Assembly (NCBI GenBank): GCA_902386555.1
Contig: CABMJJ010000003.1
Coordinates: forward strand, 32,939-96,938
Direction of reading: 5' to 3'
DNA: 64,000 bases
Origin: Candidatus Bilamarchaeum dharawalense
Lineage (GTDB): Archaea; Micrarchaeota; Micrarchaeia; Anstonellales; Bilamarchaeaceae
The notes under the pieces were generated by a model. It was given only the letters and a program-made list of their open reading frames with translations, made no database searches and was not told where the DNA came from. A program made the translations under genes and the position numbers. Positions 9,801 through 15,700 of this stretch are shown piece by piece (within the stretch, counting starts at the first letter, position 1; each line of letters begins with the position of its first letter).

Positions 9801-10439
9801 GGTGATTTGAAATTACATTCAGAGAACATACCAACCAACCCACAAGCACTTAGCGCATATTTGGATAGCCTAGCAGCAGATTATCAAGCAAGAGGCTTGC
9901 TGAAATTAAAGACAGTAAGAACTGCTGCAGAAGCAATAGCAGACAGAGGACAAAAAAGCGGGGTAAAACGTCCAGAACAGATAAGAAGAGAAGAGGAAAG
10001 ACTGCATTACCCAAGAGGAGAAGCACCTGCAACCACTCGAGCTGCTAAGGCACCAGAAGACGTAACTGCTGAACCAGTTCAGATTTCAGATGAGGAAGTT
10101 GCTGCATTTATTGAACGACGCATGGTACCAGCAAGACAGATTAGGGCAAATTTTGTAGACTTATTAGCTGAAATGAGAAAAGCTCAGGAGAAAGATCTGA
10201 TTGCTGCAGTTGGCGCTAAATACCAGAAACCTGGAGTTTCTGAAGACGATGTGATATGGACAGAGTTCATAAGGTATATTATGAAAGAGATTCAAAACCC
10301 GGTAACTGCAGGGATATATACAAAAAATGGAATAATAGTCGAAGGCGGAGCCATAACAAGACTGGACAGCGGCAAATATGAGACTTTCTTGAGAGGCAAA
10401 ATAGGAGAAGCCTTACTGAGCTTGAATCCAACTAAGTAG
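879..10439 (+). CDS. Giant hypothetical protein, 3186 aa, mostly helical with a central hydrophobic block
   Basis: Single uninterrupted ORF with AAGGTGGTGG at 868-877. Central hydrophobic block at about nt 4546-4990. Gly/Pro/Arg-rich tract at about 5721-5935. Tandem about 70-aa repeat at 8826-9035 and 9135-9338. No known domain recognised. Confidence 0.9.
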   Translation: MSQTERQPDKKDRLVIHITYNQAEIAELQQFLREAQGAIQGLREYAQRVSGGPAPRTVTDLEKEVVTLMGILRSMKLESVPIFKERFDFEIHQIEKYITSAREMAGTDPAKAWIMLTEAQQRMEALGVVFVSAVKFVERGLPETYRRGELNPEETMSRVQDAAEWAALQLGGKYDRLAKAILRAHKALTDNFDCYVFDDDNTVRIYDNLTAFILERHQIGDRNGVYSEDQARADDKALEKFEGNFVELRVQVKERSIAFLESMSAALLPSRQLREGAAALAAEQYHTWRDEVDTLVRKLRGEDRPLATYDEMCRITAGYFALVGTLDAPVMGEKVAVLRDSAKLLRGKTREGEIREGTPEWFGLRALQALDQGNTKMAALCIMVGNLDRQSFDRLRDYLPSYEEIMSVIRNNRTPTPGMLVRFTSELQFANVKAETDGLVGQYVGKQGEKNERIRAVLTTILERIERGELADARRLLLMVKTYIEMIKKYKKEWAGSGGMESAIDTEIRGGNGQEEFNKSMVYHQFQLDSARVRETWADWGTGMVMQKKVIRTALDYAESLAREGKGQEAAKVLTLLTMYVDAVELLAVKKGGKIASLRQADLPKLRGMERALAATARGETQVDELGVDDVFVRSFNDARDLYVEREISRLEKLAVARPNGKETVVQAIGVVKSRLAKKNYDGAFTLLALLSDYYGGEVEADPAKKIPAKSEGWRYEIFAGSSVSGIVQGRDRMLEAIRLEMAAKTITQHKTANSKFLEGVDLVGMSHALTVEYDRILAMYNGKERMQEKAPPGKVIAGRSATGQDVLVDIADVTAYERREAAEPRDPLLKGTRPLREILEDMRRAAATGNLVAFNSSVVEFNIRFGNAVAASTRSMMFDQMIEGLDQLHTGMASVYGMYDNVPEFKIGKRSIVGYKWRGDGVVREEWQETSRSTSLHYMSLDMPPEAVARLTALEQRRVQLQKRIEDFRAGRGGDEARIIQDYQKYIDDFQAEQRLATAYVAIDGQLKLNPVYRSMVAQTSGLLDDAVGGPTSETRTSLDRCAQALEQAKKAILAGDTKGAELQYQVAMQYRVAAMKKYGMEGSYYVQPSMDETWGSTPFEDMVNEGRQRALRERDGQYEAYFQLQMGAFRETLYGKAEGRKERLELQKRLVDSARLMELAIFSIPGRNISQQGVDYVNEQHRIRTAVMQAVGAFRAGDVRAGEAALAQAEASWKDIQKISGYVGWGANAAYTLIALGITFVQPEIGIGMILAQQADGAYVEHHVNGAVSAETWVMMGLTVATGGLGRAYGVYRTAATAARIAEETEAAVRLTNVATTLGRTSITVGAGMTVYMGAQSYEAFERGDIKNGLFNAGMALFPWLHMGGAYLRSRSAAVPEVRLDAAAEELAPTVPKPVVDVDPTVVPETPAVARLRNPKVLLEFLRGYVRAAPAVRESMIAGLPEHVRGAVDSLIQNPAMQQALKAPDSSVVYLSAEDAMAKAIRTFEKPPTTPGPTGIGPFQEAANWLATKGVTLQGFVGDLLAGQSVAKARLAEIRAQSPEVAAIIDGLLENTTVQYAAKKGPNPISEAIYRKALADLERIVPRDIVQQEVQALEVYEVQVVGGEPIQMIGRVPPGDMPGTRTPTMMGGRSPEMGGRAPQIVGSAEGTGGGRPPVPRAGAGDTGGPVVTDGGGTGGRPLPPSRGTVRRTIDAVTPDFILDRVAELKAKRAAEKAAKARGPQDIQAPESFVEQAAGDLEGVLTRVGTTEQRARALAEIRSRPEYLDRTGALTEEGIREAEGIHAATGEVVGLFKGLYERANDSRLAPGLREHARTLMERLYARENVRAALEEAAFDDPALARAFRETETRSALAKGGRTDAEYYGSLREAGFKPEDITAIVDVLETPVLKQVVEARTKIAEANKRGAELTGQIVEAQPKLVKADAAPRKAFVEKSGRAVEEAQAQYEKLVAERDAIDVVQVQDELGGVPPGSPEASRLQATIDRAAALDAVLPELRQQLDGAGYMIEGVGQVRLDRVAPRDLAQRTQEIRLGLETIEAQLARADQLLRSVGEEGVVKKPAKIPGKVAWVPKVEELTDGARVAWEKAVRKPLDRVVELTQGLRQTNQVIADAGELLARPEAQPLATTERVLGIEIGSKARAEMLVKLADTGKLPKEMLDGEANGLVRGTQEAIGRIPIPDEAPITRLIRERIMERARQGGEIKEIILKVLRSDEVAREIGARYGPEMEADYRRAVSSDVVDTALAEWNQKNPRQQRTAFDQVMFNLRAMENGQVSNFVTTMTTNFSDVFGAIQVYTDAPVLTAYRAEVLARGGQVAPEFGSATGAAWRWVREKAPSGLVTVVDYGFGPVRGWRAKPGEPLSGKIGPLRRKGLARIQEAVDAGQTVEGAKIAWGRAFIAAQYALWIGNAAFFEYYWGPWVGQKVANIFTEPNVKIERGPGRWLWSQAGDLINEIFGTSTSAKEGRRLVREKLGVDISEENAEAIIKDPNVRMFLDRWRFLFPQNQGEQQGESPERRPMNMQEALKKEGGFIHPAMLDKVLDDVREMSEQMGDVNKYITRIESGQDTDGETRKKLDAIVNRWGISTEAILELVRQRRTYEPGYNLTVVDLAEIRKTGDWLAKGYYYTFGSTLVHTFLSDCGITDHQREVGVLQKNPDAYGVLWNLIQSGQIPYAYAQRAVQILTGVGVIEQLRLQAEVNDTKLESLITEMFKAYGMIVPNPTRPSGVTKESFLRDLQAQATAEGSYPEKVAMFVGEQKDVFIALWGFVNNGDVPVVYAQQAIIELGKPGSIAAIQAKVQAGQKIEDAVYEFLNGKGLIIAIPTADGTRGVSQTSALGYLDEQASYYNPELLPAVRAIFDRYKGDPVALAALEQIEIRDSERVYGDPEKFVEWLVRKVTERNALVAEATRTGKPAPPMVNYRDEAIREGWIGRRSFAELDSNVLRFPELMTFAGQHPGVMDWVEKQADKYDINLVAILGDLKLHSENIPTNPQALSAYLDSLAADYQARGLLKLKTVRTAAEAIADRGQKSGVKRPEQIRREEERLHYPRGEAPATTRAAKAPEDVTAEPVQISDEEVAAFIERRMVPARQIRANFVDLLAEMRKAQEKDLIAAVGAKYQKPGVSEDDVIWTEFIRYIMKEIQNPVTAGIYTKNGIIVEGGAITRLDSGKYETFLRGKIGEALLSLNPTK

Positions 10440-10449
10440 GTGGTATTAC

Positions 10450-12603
10450 ATGCCAAAACCAACTGCAGGGATAGCACTTAGCGGAAATACAATAGTGATA
10501 ATATTTACTGATGGTGAAAGGTTTTCCACTAGCCAAACCCTAAGTGCACAAGAAAGAGAAGACCGCAGCAAGGTTGATGCCAAAGTAAATGCTGCCTTAG
10601 ATGAAGCATATAGACATGCACAGACACAAGCCAAGAAAGATGAATTGCTTAATGATAAAAGAATCCAGCAAGCTTTATGGGATAAGCTTCACCCAAAAGT
10701 AGTGGGTGCACCTAAGAAAACAGGTCCTGGTATTGTGGAGAGAGTTATAGACAAAGGACAGGAACTTGCTGCAGAAGCAGAGAGAAGAAGGCAAGAACAA
10801 GCACGGAAAAGAGAAGAAACCAGGAGACCAACCGATAGAACTGCATCTCCAGGTCTCAAAAAAGTAGACCAGAGATACATATTACAACAGATAGCAGCAA
10901 CTGACCGAGCAGGAACTGCAACCACGCTTGTAACTAGAAAAGAAGAAATTGATGGCTTTCTGAAGCAAGACCAAAGGGGAACGGAAAGAACAAAACAACA
11001 AAGAGAGACAACAGTTGCCATATTCAATGAATTGGCTGCCAATGTGCCTGCATTCAAAGCCTATCTTAAGCAAATGGCTGCAACTCAAAGAAGCGAATAT
11101 CCGGAATTTGTCCAGTTGTTTGTATTCACCCAAGATCAGAATGCCAAACTGGACATATCAACCCAAGCCGAGATTTTACGTGCTGCAGATTTATTCATAA
11201 GATATTTCCTAATAAATTTTGGAGCCAATACTGATCCAAGTTTCCGAAGAGAAATAGAACAGTTGGTTGGACTAAAAGCAATTTTAGATGAATCAAAACC
11301 ATTGGCAAAAAGACTTGCCATGGGCGGTACCATTGATAGTGACACCATGGCGGCTGCTGAATTATATATTAGAAGATGGCAGTTGATTCATCCAAAAAAA
11401 GGTGCAGCACAAAAAGCAGATGAAATTCCAGTATGGGAAGCACCCAGAGTGGTAGTTGAAGAAGCACCAGCAGAAGCAATGAGAAGAGTGGCGATAATTG
11501 GTGACTCCATAAGCGCAGATGGAGTATATGGACAGGAACTTCAAAAATTATTAAGGCAGGGCGGAGCCAAGGCAGCTGTTGAGGTCTACGGAGTAAACGG
11601 GGACACTTCCTACGGGGCAAAAACAAGATTTAGAAGAGATGTACTTGGAAAAAAACCACCCTACGATACTGTGATAATACAAATCGGGGTTAATGATATT
11701 GCACAAAGAAGACCAGTAACTGAGATTCAAAAAAACATTAGAGAGATGATAGAAGCTGCACAACAAGCAGGAATGCGAGTGGTAATCCTAACTGTTACAC
11801 CATGGCAAGGAACAGGAAGTGCAACTGAACGAGCCATTAGAGACACGGCCCAGTTGAATGAATGGCTACTTGCAAAAACAGATCCTGCACTTAAGGATGT
11901 TACTGTGGTTGACATGAAAAGTTTGGGGAATCCAACTAACCCAGCAGAATTGGCTCCGGCATATAGAGATGGAGCAGAAAGATTGCACCCAAATGAAGCT
12001 GGAAAACGAGAGATGGCAAGAGTAATTGCAGCATCCCCGGCTTTTGGAGTAACAGATGACCGACCAGTCGTTGGAACAGTTGTCCAAACAACAGACCTGG
12101 CAAATGCAGCCCGATCAGGATCTCCAGACCCTGCAAAAATTGTTGAATTAACTCAAGCACCTACAGCTTTGAAAAAAGAGGAGATAGGAAGATCGTTTGT
12201 AACTGTAATAAATGAAGACTTGCTCAAGGATGGCCAGTTTGTTGAATTTATGAAAAGAAAATACCCTCAATATTGTAAAAAAGGAGAAGTAATTAGACTT
12301 GCAAGTGATGCACCAGAGGCAGCTGTTCGTGTTTATGTCAAAGCAGTCCAGGAATTTTTAAATGAACAGGCAACCGCAGATTACAGACTAGGAAAAGATA
12401 TCGCAAAGTTGTATCAAAAATTAGGAATGCCTGCAGAAGAACGCATTAGACCAGACCCTGCAAATCAATTGTTAACATTAAATATGATTGCACTTTATCA
12501 ATGGAGAAAACTTCACAGAACCGAAGAACCAGGAAAATGGGGCGAAAGAATCGGTGTACCAGTGGACAAACCAAATCAACCATTGGAGATTCATGGCTTT
12601 TAA
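10450..12603 (+). CDS. 717-aa protein with a central SGNH/GDSL hydrolase domain flanked by unknown modules
   Basis: AGGTGGT at 10438-10444 overlaps the giant ORF stop (TAG 10437-10439). SGNH blocks are IIGDSIS (I), GVNGDTS (II), IQIGVNDI (III) and DGAERLHPNEAG (V), at about nt 11488-12035. No obvious N-terminal signal peptide. Confidence 0.85.
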   Translation: MPKPTAGIALSGNTIVIIFTDGERFSTSQTLSAQEREDRSKVDAKVNAALDEAYRHAQTQAKKDELLNDKRIQQALWDKLHPKVVGAPKKTGPGIVERVIDKGQELAAEAERRRQEQARKREETRRPTDRTASPGLKKVDQRYILQQIAATDRAGTATTLVTRKEEIDGFLKQDQRGTERTKQQRETTVAIFNELAANVPAFKAYLKQMAATQRSEYPEFVQLFVFTQDQNAKLDISTQAEILRAADLFIRYFLINFGANTDPSFRREIEQLVGLKAILDESKPLAKRLAMGGTIDSDTMAAAELYIRRWQLIHPKKGAAQKADEIPVWEAPRVVVEEAPAEAMRRVAIIGDSISADGVYGQELQKLLRQGGAKAAVEVYGVNGDTSYGAKTRFRRDVLGKKPPYDTVIIQIGVNDIAQRRPVTEIQKNIREMIEAAQQAGMRVVILTVTPWQGTGSATERAIRDTAQLNEWLLAKTDPALKDVTVVDMKSLGNPTNPAELAPAYRDGAERLHPNEAGKREMARVIAASPAFGVTDDRPVVGTVVQTTDLANAARSGSPDPAKIVELTQAPTALKKEEIGRSFVTVINEDLLKDGQFVEFMKRKYPQYCKKGEVIRLASDAPEAAVRVYVKAVQEFLNEQATADYRLGKDIAKLYQKLGMPAEERIRPDPANQLLTLNMIALYQWRKLHRTEEPGKWGERIGVPVDKPNQPLEIHGF

Positions 12604-12639
12604 TTTGTTTTTTTTCTCTGAAGGGGCTGACGCCCCTTC
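12604..12639 (+). terminator. Oligo-T tract plus perfect 8-bp GC-rich hairpin after the SGNH gene
   Basis: TTTGTTTTTTTTCTC at 12605-12619 is followed by GAAGGGGC-TGAC-GCCCCTTC at 12620-12639. Archaeal termination typically uses oligo-T. Confidence 0.45.
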
Positions 12640-12766
12640 AAAACCCCACGCGCGAAGTGCGTCATCTAACAAAAAAACACGAGCGGTAGCGAGTGCAATA
12701 AAAAGAAACACACCTTTTAATGTCTTCGCACACAATATTATTAGGGGGAATTCGTGAAGGGAGAGG

Positions 12767-15700
12767 ATGGCAGGTACAAGAATATATCGAAGTGGCCAGA
12801 ACGATTTAGGCGAATTGCCCTCGCAACAAAGAAAGCGATCAATTTTTGGAAGATGTCATACTGTGGCAGCTGCAGCACTTGTTGGTGTGCTGACGTTGAC
12901 CAGCGGAACAAATATAAAGAATCTTGGAGGTAATATTGCTATGGCACAAACTCATCCTGTGGCTGAAAGAACCCTGACTAGAAAAGCAGAAGACGCAGTC
13001 AAATCCTACAAAGAATATATGCTTACCGGAAATCCTGCAGCAAAAGCTCGCGTCGTGGAATATCTACAGGATAGATCACCGCAGGCTGTACAGGCATTTA
13101 CTACGGAATTTCTCAAACAATTAAGACCAGACCCAACAGGACCGATAATACGATCCTATGTGGCAATCGTCGGCTCGCTTAAAGTAGAAGACTTTTTGAC
13201 ATTGCTTGAAAAAGTACATGAAGCTGTAAAAGCAGGTAGACCAGCAGTACTTGCACTAAAAGGAACTGGAACAAAAGATCAGGAACTATTTGAAGAGGTT
13301 ATTACCCCACTGGTTAATCTTATTGGCCGGGCAGATTTATTGGATGTTTCTGCAGAAACCCGTTCCTCTGCCAGAACATGTGCAACCATGTTTGTCAGCC
13401 TGATTCAAACAAGAGAAAAGGAAACAAGAGACCAGATAGCAATCGACCTATGGAAACGAATGAAAAAGGACCTTGATGCCAATGGTGGTGTTTTTCCAGC
13501 AGGGTATATGGAAGAATTTTACGCGGTTGTTAAATCCACAAATCCAGAAATGGCTGCCATACTGATGGGTTACGCCAGAGATAAAAAATTGAGTGGACTA
13601 GACAAACTAACTCCTGCAGATGTAAAGGAATTATTTGAAGATCATTTGCTTCAGGTCATGGCCCAACTATGGGTTGGCCAGGCTGATCGTGGAGTACTGG
13701 CAAGAGTACATGGAAATGGACTAACAACTGCAGTAAATAGTTACATTGTAAGTGTCTCGACGATCAAAAAAGCAATAACAGTTCAAGAACTTTTAACACG
13801 AATTGATGAAGTTGAAGCATTCCTGAAAGAAAGAGGAATTACATTACCAACCATCACAGGATCAGTTGTTGGACGAGTGCCAACACCAGAAGAAAATTTA
13901 GCTGGGCTTTTGAAATCATGGAGAGATAAGCTAACCGCATCTCCTCCTCCAGATCAAAAAGCACTGGAAATTTTAAGCTACCAAATCCCCAATCGTGCGG
14001 AAGTAGAAGAAGTGGAAAAAGTAACAACCATTAGAGCAGGAAGAATAGAAAATATGATTGAAGGAAACGGCAGTTTCTACGAAGTACTGGGTGCAAAAAT
14101 ATTCGTACCAAGATTGGAAAGTTATCTTGCTCAAGTGGATTATTACGTGATGGATCCAAGAATTGGGAACTTTGCTGGCGTGTTCATGAGAACACACCAT
14201 GTTGATAGAGATGCAATGAAACAACTTTTGGATACAGTAAAATCTGTTAATACTGCAATCCCAGCAGCAATAGAAACATTGGATACTGACCTACTTGTAT
14301 TTGCAGCTCAGGATGCTGCAGGAACAACAGGTGGGGAAGCTCTTAGATTAGAACGCATAGCACAGTTCAGACAACTGTTGAATAGCCAGATAGATTTGAT
14401 CACGGATAAGATGGCTGCTTTCAAAGGGATAATAAGTCACACTCCAGAATGGGACGAACTCAGAAAAAAAGTTGCGACTAGAGTTATGAGACAATATGTT
14501 GCAGTTGGATCGTTTGTCCCTGGACAGATTGATCCGGCAACAGATAGAGTGATAACCCAGCCCAAGGATCCTGTTGAACTATTGGTCAGACAATATGAAA
14601 TGATAGCGCGAGATCAGGGTTATCTTAATTTCCGAGCAACTTTCACCGATGCACTCGGGGTATATATGACTGACCTAACTGCATCACCTGCTGCCACAGA
14701 AGGAGAAAAATTCATGGCAGCTTCAAGAATTTCAACAGCCCAACAGGCAATCCAAATGTTTTCCGGACTTCCATTGCAATCAAGCTATGCACTTTATCAA
14801 GCACTCCAGGCGACCTATGGAAGCCTAAGTTCCCATTATAGAAATACTGAAGAAATGGCAAGAGTTTGTTCTTTGATTGTGGGGTATAGCCAATTGCCGC
14901 CAGCCTATGCAGCACTTGCCTATAGGGAAACAACTGCACCACTTCTCAAAACCTATGATGAAGCTTCTATTCTTGCGATTACCAAAGCAATTAGCGGATA
15001 TAGTCAAATGTACATTGCAGGTGATCATTACAGGCTGATGGAAGAGTATTACGGAACATTGGCAGAGAAAATAGCCAAACTATTTCCAGATATAACTGCA
15101 ATGCAGGCAGATCGTAGAGAGTTAACAAAAGATGTTCGAGTTAGAATGCCGCCAGAAGCAGAATACGGTGAAGTAATGATACCCGGTGCGCAACTAACAA
15201 TCCACATTCCAAAAAGAATATACACCACCTGGGCCCAGAAATATGGCCTAACAGTAAGTGCAGCCCCCAGGATTATTGAAAATCCTGCAGCTGCAGCAGA
15301 TTTGTTCCAGGCCATGGGTAGATATTTTGGGGAACCGATGGTATCTGCACGTACCAACATCCCATTCCCTTGGATGAGATTGCCAATTTTGTTAAATAAC
15401 TTGGGTGTGCTAGCACCAGAAACATTCCCACCGGTTGGTGAATTTATTGCGTTACACATGGGAGGAGATGTAACCTATAAATTGAACAAGGTGGATACCT
15501 CAGCTCCTGAAGGGGATACAACCACAAGATCTGATCAAGGTAATATTGGTGTTTTTGCTGAGGCAACACGAGAAGGTCAGGTAACAACTGCAAAAGCAAG
15601 ATATGCAATAACTGCCAATACAACAACCGGACCAGATGGTGTAACAACTGGAGATAGAACCCATGTTGGAACACTTGAATTGCAACAACTCAGACTGCAC

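Noticed and set aside
879-10439. The idea that the 3186-aa helical protein with central hydrophobic helices and a Gly-rich tract is a viral tape-measure protein and the array a provirus.
   Set aside because: No capsid, portal, terminase, integrase or att-like repeat is present in the flanks visible here. Codon usage looks like the host genes by eye. The downstream genes are ordinary housekeeping genes. This cannot be fully excluded without searches.
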